In this document: in pieces, positions 36,556 to 52,482 of the stretch
Layout: each line of letters starts with the position of its first letter
How positions within the stretch are numbered: position 1 is the stretch's first letter
NCBI RefSeq assembly: GCF_022539665.2
Contig: NC_081333.1
Coordinates: 4,588,001 to 4,652,000 of the forward strand
DNA length: 64,000 nt
Source of the DNA: Daphnia carinata
Lineage: Eukaryota
Reading direction: 5' to 3'
The notes under the pieces: generated by a model
Database searches by the model: none
Told to the model about the DNA's origin: nothing
Seen by the model: the letters and a program-made list of their open reading frames with translations, nothing else
Made by a program: the position numbers and the translations under genes

Positions 36556-39500
36556 GCCAGGCGACGCACGAAGCCCCGGCTTAAAAAGGAAGTTCGCGGC
36601 CTTTTATCTCAAAGTCTTTCCGAAACGCCATCTATCATGAAGAAAAAAGTGCCGCAACTGAAGTCGGCCGTCTAGATTGCTCCGCACTTCTACGTTACGC
36701 TGCCCTTTTAATTTCCTTCTACAAGATCTTCTACAATCTTCCTTCTACAAGATGATGCCGACTTCTACAGCACAACATCGACGATAAAAAAAAAACATGT
36801 AAGAAATTTGTTCCGATACACCTTCTAATGTTGCGTCATCTGTGGAGAAAATTTTCGAAAAAATTGGTCGAAATCCGGTTGGCTATGGAGACGAGGAACA
36901 GAGGTTCGATAGAATCACTATCGAGAAATCAACAAAGCGGCATCAAGAGGATGAACAAATGAAGTTTGAGGAAATTAGAGAAAAAGAACAGAAGCGCAAC
37001 TTTATTGAAAAGATGGGCTACCTGTTTTAGGACAACAAATTCAAAACCGCCAGGTAGATTTCCACTTGACGATGAGAACATCAATCCAAGGGAACAAGTA
37101 ACAGGTATACAGCTGTCTAAACACGTTTCTGTAAGACATTTGTCACAATCATGTTCATAACGCCTTGCCGAATTGACACGACGGTCTCAAACAAGGAAAT
37201 GTTTTATCCCTTTCCTGTCCTGAAGGTGTCAAAAAAGACCCACCCTGCTTATTGGTCATCCTGTTTCCTGGCAATCTACCATTGCCAGTCATTCATGGAT
37301 GACCCCAGCCTGCCACACCGTACCACATCAATTAACAAACAGTGCGTGTAACAAAAAAGAATGCCAATTACCGAGGTCAATGTTCTTGTTCAGTCGTCAC
37401 ACGCACATTACGTATAGACCTCCACAAGAAAAGAGGCAAAAAAGTTTTAAAATTATCTTTCTTTTATCATAGAGGTAAAGGAAATTGAAGATGGAAGCTA
37501 GTCAGTACTAATAAGAAAGCAAGATAGTCATTGAGCCGCATCGTTAAATAAGAGAATTACTTTCGTTGTAAAATAGGCAATAGTAGTAAATCCGCCAAGT
37601 TTACATTTGGGTAGATTTTGGTTTCGAACCAAAACTTGAGGTAAATGAGCAATAGCGTGATGGGTGGACAACAGTTTTCGTTCCAACTAAAGCGAGAGGA
37701 GTTTATGCTGACATTGAGTAAATGGCAGTCGCATGCTAATCGTACTTTCTTTTGTCGCTTCTAGGGTAAGTATGTCGTGTGATATTCACACTGACGTAAC
37801 ATCCCGGTATAAGAAGCTCTTATTGTATTTGGTAAAGAGGTGTCATAAAACCAACAATGAAGAAAGAAAAACTTATGGGTTCCAGTTTCCTTTGCTTCAA
37901 GCCATATTTTGCGTATACCTGGTTGGGCATCACACACATGTACCATATCCAGGTCTATAATTATCACTCAACTTGTCAGTCAGTTAAAGTTTTTTCTCGC
38001 CATACATTAATTAGATGGTTGCGTGACATCACACGGTTTGTGACAGGCTATATAGAACATTTTTACTTAAACGGTGTAACAGGACAGTTAAACCTCTTCC
38101 CACACTCCGAATTTAATAGCCTACTGCAGTTTGTTACGACTTTATAAATAATTGAACTATTATTTTATTCAGCAATGGCTTCGAAATGGCTATCACTTCC
38201 TTTTTGAGGATTCAAGTAGTTCGTAGCTAATACTAGATAAATGCAACAAATTAAAGAGAGAATATACGTAATATTTTTAGCGACCTGTTGACATTGTATA
38301 CATTTTCTACAATTGCATGATGAAGTAAAGGTCGTGATTAACGACAGGGTAGGATAAGCAACTCCTTTCATTTTTCCTTTAATCGATAAGAGTCTATTAT
38401 AAAAAAATCAGACGCAAATTTTTGAAATAGAAATGACCTTAACCAACCGCTTGTGTACACTAGGCTACTGTGCACCACTCGAAACACATTCGTGTAAAGA
38501 ATCATGTGTAAATCTGTCATACTATTACAAAATATTTAGTTATAATCCAAAATAAGACGCGTGGGGGTTATATTGAAATTTAACGCAGAACTCCATCAAT
38601 TTTTCCATTTGTTTTGGCAATAATCGCTAGCCTTCCCATTCTTCTTCATACCAGTCCTTGTACTCAATAATTACTTTCTCCTTTACGTATGCCTGTGCCA
38701 ATTGCTGTTAAGAACGTCTATTACTTATCCAGTTGTGTTGTTGTCAAAATTTATCTGCATGCTGTATAAGTCAGCTTGTCCTATCTTCATTCCTAACCAC
38801 ATGGTGTCGCGCGTGTTTGTTGATCTATGTTGACTGAAACTATAGCCTACTCTATTTTTTAAGGATTCGTTAGCTCATACACATATGCAGGTACACGCAA
38901 AAGAAGATTATTGTTGAGGGTCACCCACGTCACAGTTATTTTTCAACCTATTCTTCGAAACTAGAGGCCGTCGGGTTAGCTTTCTCAAGACCTTTTGCTT
39001 GCAATCATGTTTATCTGCAGTTATGATGGGCAAGATAGTTTATCAGCTTCTTTTAACTTTTTATCGCACACACAAACAATGACACCCATATCATGTGCAG
39101 TCATATATAGACTTGCCATAGCCTTTCTAATCAAGTAATGTTGTCCTGGTGCTTAAATGTACCGTATAAATGAAAGCAGGAAAAAAAAATAAGACAAACA
39201 GATGAAGAGGATGCTCATGTCCAACCAAAACACGGTGAATCATCAAGTCGGTGATGAACTCACGAGATTCATTATATACGTGAATGTTGTAGGCCTACTA
39301 GTAAACATAGTTTAGGAAAGCGATGAGCTCCATTGCTTAAGTATGAAGTGGACTGAGCAGAACACAGTGTAGACTTCCAGTCTCGGCCTCGGCCAGCTGT
39401 CGGAACCATGACCAGCCTGCTTATAAGGGCCAAAAAGGGGCCTGTCGGTTGCTCCTTCTATTTGAAGGGAGGAGCAGGTAACGTGATGTATCCTTTTAAC

Positions 39501-40883
39501 CAATAGAAATAGCTGTCTTCTGCCAGGCGTGGGCGTGTGCCGTGCAAGCAAACCAATAGATGCCTCGAAAACGAATAGATGGACGCCAGATGGTCGAACG
39601 ATTGGTCGGCTAAAGCTATATGAATCCCCCTTGCTGCGCACCGTTTTTTGCTGTAACTTTGATCCACCCAAACAGGGCGAGTACGTCGAAGGTTCGGGGT
39701 CTGTGGCTTGTGCCATTTTTGTTAGTGAAACAAAGAAGCATGACTTGTCGGGTTCGCCCAACGTGCTGTATACATGACGAAGTGAACCGGGCGAAAATAA
39801 CGCAATTCACCCGACGACCACACAGGTCTTTTTCTCTTCCCGGCTGTTTATTGTGGTACATAAATGTTTCGTCGTTGATTTGGTTAAAACAAACATATCC
39901 AATTTTCTTGAGTCAAATCAAGAAGATGAACATTCAATGCCCTCATTCGCATAATTCTATTGATGATGATTCAACCAGTCTTTGATTGCGTAGGCCTATG
40001 GCTAGCAAATCAACACTTTACCCAGAAGGGCGATAAACTTGGCAATTCCATTAAATTATCGTTATCGACGTTCACGTCAGCTTGTAAGGAAAGCGTCGTT
40101 GTAGAGACAAGCCAGAGCGAAGACAAAATGGAAACAAGGCAGCGATGGCGATGCGAGTAAATTCGGCGTCCATTACTGAGCCATGCATTTTTGGCCCCAC
40201 CTCCCAAGAGCTAACATTCACCCGCCTCCAGTACTCCTATCTGCCCTCCCCTTCTTCCTACTTTTCCTCTTTCCCTCCTCGCTTCTCTCTATTCCTCCCC
40301 CTTGGTTAAACTAATTTGAAAGACTGTACACACGGCCACTCGATTCAGTTTGTTAGTCCAAGCGGCTTGAGATGTGTGGACGCACCAAACAGGCCAGCCC
40401 CCAACCTCCTTCAACATAATCATCTTCATCACCATCATCGGTCGTGTCGCTAACTTTGACCTGTTGCTCTTGAAACAAGTCGCGCATCTCCGTTAGACTC
40501 GCCAACAGCCGAGTTATTGGCAAATTGGTTCAAACGCGCTCTGTTTGTTCATGTGCTTGTGCCATTAACGCTAAATTTGCTGAATCGTCGTATCGAGTGC
40601 CGCCATCTTCGTGTGTGTGTTGCTCCTATACCTCTCATTTGCGTCTACAAAATTTTCATCTTCATGTTTTATCAAACTAATCGTCAACACACAAGTCTAT
40701 GACCGTGTTAGGTTTTGTCAACAAAAAAAAACTGGTTCAAGTTGGCCAAGTGCGCACATTGGCCGTGTACTTGGTGAATTCGCTGATCGCTTCCAAGTGA
40801 AACTACACATACCCTACGTTTACGTGCGTTGGTTTTTTACTTGCGAAGAATTGAAATAGTAGGGATTCCCGTCATCAAAATAA

Positions 40884-43757
<2,874 letters not shown>

Positions 43758-44815
43758 CAATTATGAGGCGTGTCCATTGCGAAAACTTGAACGAACACTT
43801 GTCTCCGCAAAAGGGCGGCGATCGTTCACTGAAACAAACGCATTTGGCCTACGCTCCCCCGGGTTATCAAGCACGACAAGATCTTGGGGAGATACACGAG
43901 GCAGCTTGATGCCACTAATTATATATATATACAGTATACAGGGTATTGGCATAGTGTGGGTGTGCATTCGGGAGTGGTGTTGAAAACTGTTTTGAACGAA
44001 AAACAAAAACAAAAAACAAAAACAAAAAACATGTAATACTGAAGTGCAATATGCATCTCATATGCAAAAATCCGCATTATTGTATTGTTCGTACATGGAA
44101 AGAAAGAATGTTGGACTTGCATCGATGGTTGTTTTGCAGTACAGTAGGTCTTTAAGACGATGACAAACGAAGCCGTCAGCCGTTGAGCCGTGTATGCTAC
44201 ATACATTAACTGAAACGCATATACACACAGACAGGCCAAGATAGACTCAGAACCTATATCGTTGACGAACTTGTTTATAACTTTATATACCCTTTCTCTT
44301 TGATAGACATATTAGACAAAATGCTAACCCAAAATGCACAAGTTGGACTCTCTTCCTCTTATATTTTTCAAAACTACACTGTTCGTTTCTCTCCTGATCG
44401 TCAGACAAGAAACAATTTCTTTTTATATCGACATTGTCTTTTCATTAAAAACCTTTGATTCCAATTGTTTGTTTTGTTTTTTTTGTTCTTTTTCCGCGTC
44501 GTTAACGACTTATGTGATAGGCTTTTGTTTATGTTTAGAGTACCATGACCTCGAGCAATCACCTACATTTTTGTAGCGTGCGCTTGAGGCTCTTGAGAAC
44601 TCAATTGTTGAAAATAATGACATGGAGAAGTGTGAACATTTAGAATCGCGGAGAGGATAAACCACGTATTGATATCATTCAGTTTGTAAATACAACATAG
44701 AATCCAAATAAATATAGTAATAGTCTTGTGTGTGGACGTGATTGACGTTTGTCCATCGACAGTAAATCCATATTGTATGCCGTTTTTGTTAGGTTTCAGC
44801 TGGTTCAAGTGCATT

Positions 44816-44817
<2 letters not shown>

Positions 44818-44851
<34 letters not shown>
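44818..44851. repeat. (TA)n microsatellite
   Basis: About 17 perfect TA units. Confidence 0.95.
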
Positions 44852-44853
<2 letters not shown>

Positions 44854-47800
44854 ACAAATTAAAATTTGATGCCCATGTTGTCTGTCACGCCGAATATGCG
44901 AAGCTTCAGCCGGCCAATGGTTTGCGAACAACCATAGGCTTCACGAAGCGCAGCGTTTTGCTGTTAAGTCTCTCGAAGTTGGCCCGGCCGAATAGACAAT
45001 GGAAGCCAATCTCAATGGGGTTTGACAAAATTCAATGGGTCTGTAACAAATGCAACAACTAACTATTTTGTGAAGGACGAAATTTCATTTGTTGTTATTC
45101 TGTTAAAATTGTCTCTCTGTGTTGCAATGTAATTTCATTTTTTTAATGTGTCGACCCTCCGTCGGCCTTGTGCTCCTCCTCCTTACCGTGTTCTTTATTT
45201 TTTTTTTTCCCCGTTCACTGTGTGTGCAGATTTTGGATTGTACAACTATATATGAAGTAATGCATGTATACATGCGTGCGTACGTGCTCGTTTGGCCTGT
45301 GCACCACTGTGAGGAAATCTGTTACGTGTATAATAAACCAGTGGAAAATCGGACTGGGGATTTAGTGCAAATCCTTGCGATGAATTTTATTTTTTTTACG
45401 TCAACTTAAGATGAAAGGGTTATACATTTTTAGTAAAGTTACCTATTCTCATAGAAATAAAACTTGGAAAACGGCCTATGTACTAACTACCCTAAATGTA
45501 TCAGGGTAGGCCTAGTGCGTTTGTTTTAACAGTCCGTAAATGTCGATGTCAGGCCAACGATATATCAGGCGCCTTGACCATTTATCCTGATCACATAAGC
45601 TTAAAACATTCAGGCGTTGAACTGATGCATTCTAATCTCATTGCCAATAGTTATTTCTGCTTTCAACCGTAACAGTACATAGCCCTAAAAATAGAGCGTT
45701 CTCTTGTCGACATAAACTTAAACTTTAAACCGTCTTTTTTTTAAATGCTACTCATTACCTATTATCATAGTTGTTCAAAACGAGTAGTGTGCTTGGCATA
45801 AGATGAATCATTTTGTTACTAACCTTATTGTATGCAATTTCATCGTGGCCGGTCACCATCAGCGATGACTACATAAGAGGAAATAAGGTCAATTAAAAAG
45901 ACTAGTGTCAACACAGAGGGATTAAGTGAGGGTGGATGTTAGTCGAGGAGGTTTATTGTTGCGTCTGGCTCGTCCAGGTTCACGCACAGATTTCTCATAT
46001 TCACTTGGCGCACACAAGGAGGGAAGGGGACTGCGTTTTATTTGATATTCAGTCAATGATGAGCTTCTACTTTGCCGGAATATAGATGTAAAAGGCCAGC
46101 AAAAGACAGTATAAGACAGCCTGACACAAGCGCAAGCTCGAAGTCGGGACTGAAGCCATATATACAAGCCCCCCCACGCCAATGGCAACAAGAGCAACGA
46201 TAACAATGCGGAATAACAGAATCAACGATTGGCATAGCATGCTGTAATTGTCGAGTCCATTTGCAGTGCCTTGGGAAGGAGGGAAAGACGTGTATACCAG
46301 TCGCACAAGAATAGCCACCGACGGCTTTGCATCACAATTAAGCCAACGTTTGCCTCTTTGAATATATATATCGCATACACAAAGCGAAGCGACGCCACCC
46401 CCCCCCCCCCCTCCCCTGCCTCTTTATTTTGCAGCTATTGAGTAGTATATTGTTGGTGGATTTACATCGGATTGAAAAAATCCAGTGGGGGCGGATTATT
46501 TTCTACTAGGGGGTATGCACATATGTCAGTTTAACACACTATCTATTTTTGAATGTCAACCAACAATCAGACTGCATGTCCAACCCCCCACTCGCCCTTT
46601 ATACAAGTAGAACGCCTTAAATCCCTGTTCAGCAACCAACTGTGCGTATACTAATATAGCCTACTGCACAATAAGTATGTACACCAAGAAAAGAATAAAT
46701 AAATAAATAAAACGAGAAAAATAAAATTTGAAAAAGCAACGGTAAGTCGCACGCGCCAGTCCCCTGTACAGACTTAAAATAACAACTCAGAAACAGGGAA
46801 AACGGGGAAACATAAATAACAAAAAAAAAAAAAAAGAAGTTCCATGATTTGTGATAAAGCAGTGTTTTCATGTTCTGTTGCTATAGTATGACGGCCAACA
46901 CAGTTAAACTACTCAGCTTTGATCTGCCGAGGCTTGTTAAGAAAATAATATGCTTTCGTGGGGAACAGCAGGTTTAGTTTCAAATCAATAACCAAAGTAA
47001 AAATGATATAGCTATATAACTTGTTTTAACCAGTCTTGAATGACGTGAACGATAAATGTTTAGGCGCTCGCATTCGACGCAGGTGCAAATGGCACTATCA
47101 AGATTAAAAAGAAATTTTGATGGTCATTTTCGGATAAGCATAAGCCTTATATTATGATGAACGTCATTATAGTAAAATGTAACTGAAACTAAAACTAAAG
47201 TCAACGAAACTCATAAATGCCTGTTTTTTTCCTTTTCATCTATTTTACTAAACCCACATGGGAGGGGAGGGGAGGGTTATTCATTTAGGTAGAGACTGAT
47301 ATTTCTTTTCAAGTTCACGCGTTCTAACGTACAAGGAACAACAGTACTTAGCAGAACAAAAAGGATAGCGCATTCAACTTTACGAAATGAAATTCAATAG
47401 ATCTCACATCTTTAAAAACAAAACAATGACTATTGCATCCATTGTTTTCTCTAACCAAAACAGCCATATTAAGGAAAAATGGTGCACGAAATGGATAATA
47501 ACATTGAAAATGGAACGAAATCTATAGGTCTCTAGCGATACAACATTAGATAGCATTTTCCACTCGTGGCTGATTGGCCCCGACTCTTGTACCTTAACAT
47601 CAGGTTGTGCTCGTGTTTGTCTCACGCTTTTTTTCCCGGGGGCCCAACCCTATTAGACAGCAAGAGTGAGGAGCCGCAAGGCTCATCAGCTACGATTAAT
47701 CTGGCCAACGGCCATTTTGGTGCGGTTATAAATCCCCATGTGTCAAATCGGTTGGGAGAAAAAAGTAAAATAACAAGCAAACCTCACCCCGCAAATGTCC

Positions 47801-50391
47801 CTTCAATCATTGACGGCCAAATCTACGCGGTTGATTAGACGGCCGGCCCTCATCTCGATGTCCAAAGTCACTAGACGCGCGAGATCGATAAACGTGGCCC
47901 GAAATATCATTCAATGTCGAAAAAAAAAAGTAACTGAATATACGAGGCAGACTAGAATTTTTAGTCAGACTGATAAAAAGAAGAAGAAAAAGGAAAAAAA
48001 AATTAACTTTGTAGTTTAAGTTTTGTGCATTGGGGAGCGGTGGGAGGATGAGGGTAAAGCGGGGAACGGAGGGGGGGGGGAATGGTCAGAACATTTTGAC
48101 CACGGTGAAGTGAAAGTGAAATACGTTTTAAAACAAGATTCCACTATCTAGTGTATCATATCAGAAAATTATCAGTGCGACTTGACGTCGTTGTTCTTAT
48201 CGTCAGTTGACCACGAGCGGAGGAAGGGCGGAGAGTTGTGGCTGGTTATCTTATCGCCGGCCGCTTACCCGACAGGTACGTCACCTCTCCGCTTTACACT
48301 CGTATTCATTGACATGACTTTCAGTTAACTGTTCGACTCGGCTTATCATGTAGTTCTGCTCCCCGTGGTATACAGATCTCGGGCCCACACGTAACGTCAA
48401 CTATACACATCTGCGTTTCTTTTTTTTTTTCTCCGCTTGCTGGAACTAGACGACACCGCATTGACCGCAAGTCTTCCATATCTACCTCAATATTCCCCCT
48501 GCTTTTTTTTTTTTACCGGTGCTTGAAGCTTTGATGCCTAACGCGTCCCTGTACAGCAGAAGGTAGCCGCCAATATCGTTTGTGACGATCGGACGGTATA
48601 GAGACGTCTTCAGATGCGACATGTATAGTTAAAAATCAACGATTGCCGGACGTTAGAAAGTCATGTGTTATATAGGGGATATAGTTTAACGAAAGATGAA
48701 TAAACCGAGTCGGTAGTTAAGGGATCCCCAGTTAATAAGCAATAGCCGTTCCCACGGTTTAATTAGTTATGCCGATGGGGCAGTCAATGTCAACAAAAGA
48801 ATTTTTTAAAAATCTAAATAATAATGATATCAAATCGGTGAGCATTTTCCATTTTCAATAGCATTGTACTTCAGGTTATACCTTTCACTCTATAAAGAAA
48901 TAACTTCTGGTTTGGATAGTGACGTGTTATTGTGAGTTGAACTCGGAGACACACGCTGTTAGATAAATTTTGAATAGCCGCGATAACGTCTAAAAATACA
49001 AGATAAAAACAAAACTCAAAAAAAAAAAAAAGAAAAAGAAAAAAGAAATAGTGAAAACAAAAACAAATCTCTCATACCCTCCGCCCTCCCCTTTCTTCTC
49101 CACAAATAATACAGACATGCACATACACAAATAATTTAAAAAAAAAAATAAAAATATAACCGAAGCTCCGTCTTGTTTTCCTTCAGATAGGTTATCGGCA
49201 GTCAAAGATATTCTTGGGGGTCAGAGTCAGCTGTGACACGTTGACGAGTTCACCTCGTACAACACACGTCGTTTCACATGGACATGCGCTTCGCCGATAG
49301 GGCAAAAGAGCGATTACACCGCGTGAAAGCGTACACAAGAAGGAAAACAAAAACATGCGGAATACTTAAACCTCGTGATAATTGGACATTTAAAATATTC
49401 TACCACACCATAACCTCATCTGTATTTCGTTATAATAATTTTTTTTGCTGAATTTCTAGTTTTTTTTTTTTTCAGTGAATCAATTTTGTCCCCCCCCCCC
49501 TCCCCACCGTTTGTTTTGATTGGAGAAAAGCGTGTCATGACCCGTCATCTATTACATTTCACCGATAAAACGTCGCTACGATTCAAGTGTTTACTCGGCT
49601 CGTGTAGTTCTATCCACTCTTCCACTCTCTACTTCTATCCTCTTCTGCGTTCGTTCTTTTCTTCTTATAATGCACTACTTTAATACATCATATACTTACT
49701 GCACACGATCGATAAGAAATAAAGTATTGCAAGTTTTTCTCTTTTTTTTTCCTTTTTTTTTTTCCCTTTTTCTTTTTTTGTTATTCATTTGTACATTTCC
49801 ATCGCAGTTTGCTTGAGAACACGAAAGGGCAGGAGGGTGGTTGGGAAATGGGAATTAGAGGTGTAGTAGTGGATGGCAAAACGCTCGGGTCTGGGGGTCG
49901 ACTGTGTTCCATCTAAAGCTGGATATGAGTACGCGACTCATGCGACTCGTACGTCGAGAGAGCTCACGAGCTTTAAGTTTTCGTCCCTCTTACTAAAAGA
50001 GAAGAAGAAGCAGGAAAGAAAAAAAAAGAAGGGGGAAAGAGTGAAGAACTGATGATGTTTCGTGCTTTCGTCCTCTATCGTGTGGCAATGTTGTACTTTA
50101 TCCTGTCGGCCTCCCCACCGCTCAGCACCTCCCTCAGCCATCGGGATATGAGGGCAACTCAAGGACTTGAGGACCACCTCGGCGTATTTGAAATGTTGAG
50201 AGAGAAGGGGAAAAAGAAAAGAAAAAAAAAAGAAAGATGAAGAAAAGAAAGAATGAGGAACGGGCTGAGACCATTGAAAAGAAAAGAGTAAAAAAAAAAA
50301 AAAAAAAACTGGAAGAAAAAAAAAATTACAATAATACAAAAATTTAATGGAAAGCGCGTGCTACGAGCACTCATGAAATGGATTTTATTTT

Positions 50392-50421
50392 GTGTGTGTG
50401 TGTGTGTGTGTGTATGTGTGT
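50392..50421. repeat. (TG)n microsatellite
   Basis: TG run with one interruption. Confidence 0.9.
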
Positions 50422-52440
50422 GGCGAGATGTCCTGTTTCTCCAAGACATCGTAGTGACGATCTTATTATAGCGGTGGTGAGAGGATGTCCTATAGTTGAA
50501 CGGGTGGAATCGCGTTGAACAGGGACTGTTGGTACAGTATTCCATAAGCCCTACGTTTTGCTGTGCGATGTTTTATACTATGCGTCTTTGCTAGAAGGAC
50601 AAACGGCAACGTGTGTATTCCCAGCCTTATGGAAATAATCAAAAAGCAACGCCCCTCTTATAGGGTGACGATAAATTGGGGGAATTGATTCAATTTATTT
50701 CCATCTCAATTCGTCTGCTTCTAGGTTTGTTTCATAATCCTTGTTAGCGTCAGCGTCGGCGCCCTTACAAACACAAGAAATCGAATTATAGGTTCCGCTC
50801 TAACTTTTGCCTCCCCCCTTTACCGCTTGTTTCTCCCTTCATGTCAACAATCCTCACGGACAGACCGATCGAATCGAAATGCGTACAAGTTATTTGGCGG
50901 GCGATCTTGAAATCCGTTTAACAGGATCACCGTAACCCTAACCAATCGTCGAACTGGCAAGAGAATTTTCAAAACCAAAAAAAAAAAAAAGAGTAAACCG
51001 TCGGTATATACGATGAAATTAGAACAACCGGTTCAATGGCTCTGTGTAAAGCAACAGCAACCCCCACACAGGGCAAGGCTTCTTCTCTGAATTTATTTAT
51101 TATTGAACAACTCGTCAGCGTAAATCACGCGATCGGCAACCTTTTTAGATTAATTTCTTCGTGTTTTTGGGTCTTTAATGTGCTGTGCTGCCATACGATT
51201 ACCTTAAATTGCGCCCTGGCCGTTTTACCTCAAAATGAGAATGCAATGATTTGATTTTCATCGTTTAAAAATAAAGGAAGGCTGGTAGCTCTCAGTCCAC
51301 TTGATATTGATTATATTGAAAGACAATTAAGTCACTATACCTCATACTAATATAGCGGCAGCCCGTACAGCATGGCTTATTGCGTCTACATGAAACTGCA
51401 GTACTAATAACGACGAGCTTACATTGTATTGTTTGTCAATGGGTGGAGAGACAATTACAAGCGCTTATGGTCGGTTCCCGAAAACAGGGAAACCCACCCG
51501 ACCTGATGTACTTGCCCATATTATCTTGCGCTTTAGTGTGAGATTCATCAATCCCTTTTCCCCTCTTCAAACAAGCGCTCCGCTTGATGAACCGACAAGT
51601 ATGCAGCTCAAACCGGCAGGGCCAACGCTCTTTTTTTTTTTTTTTTTCTCATCGAATGGGTTATTAAAGCTGGTACGCACTGCCACCGTAAAAGAAAAAA
51701 AAAAGGGTTCGGAAACTGAAAGCGCTCACCAATTTTTCTACACGTACAGTACATATCCCATACTATATACGGAACTATACCATCCGCCAGCGGTGTATTG
51801 TGCGTTACCCCCCGTTACATGGAGTAAATCCATACACGGATGGAAGAGATTTTAATATTTTTCATTTTTAATAAAAAAAAAAAAAAAAACCTTTGAGAAC
51901 TCGCTTTAGTCTGGACGACAAAAGGAAAGAAAAAAAAAGGGGGGATCCTTGTTATACAGAGATTACCAAACAGAGCTGTGCCTCGGTACACGCCATAATG
52001 GCATAATGGTTCGCTGTTTATACCATGGCGTATGCGGGGGCTACCACTTGCAGTCGAATTGCGCAACAAAGAAGCACTACAGATCAATTGAGTTCAGCAA
52101 ACTATTACTCATTTGATGGCATTGATTAGTCAATGTTTCATTTCTGAAATGTTGTTGAATTGTGAAGAAATTACATCATTACCCATTACATTAGTTTCAA
52201 AATACCCTTCGGCAATTGTAATAAGAATCGTGTCACGAACGTCATGGGCTGGACTGCTCCTTCCTTTGGAATATAAAAAAAAAAAAATAAAATAAAAGAC
52301 ATGAAAATGCGATTGTTCACATTTGAAGCATGGCCGGAGATTTTGGATTCACTGTCTGTAGAGTCAGCCTTACTGTTGTAATGTCCTTGCAGCGCGTGTG
52401 ATTGTACACTGTATATGGAGTGTACCATACATTACCCTAC

Positions 52441-52482
52441 GTGAGGACTGAGAAGTTGGACTGTGAGGGACTGAGAAGTTGG
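52441..52482. repeat. Short tandem duplication
   Basis: GTGAGG(G)ACTGAGAAGTTGG x2. Confidence 0.8.

Noticed and set aside
36750..37350. Possible zinc-finger gene (CCVICG..., ICHNHVH)
   Set aside because: Multiple stops and frameshifts, no assignable family; at most a decayed fragment.
40345..40385. Inr (TCAGTT) plus DPE as the fkh core promoter
   Set aside because: The Inr is plausible, but DPE-like words are not at +28 to +32; cannot be supported without TSS data.
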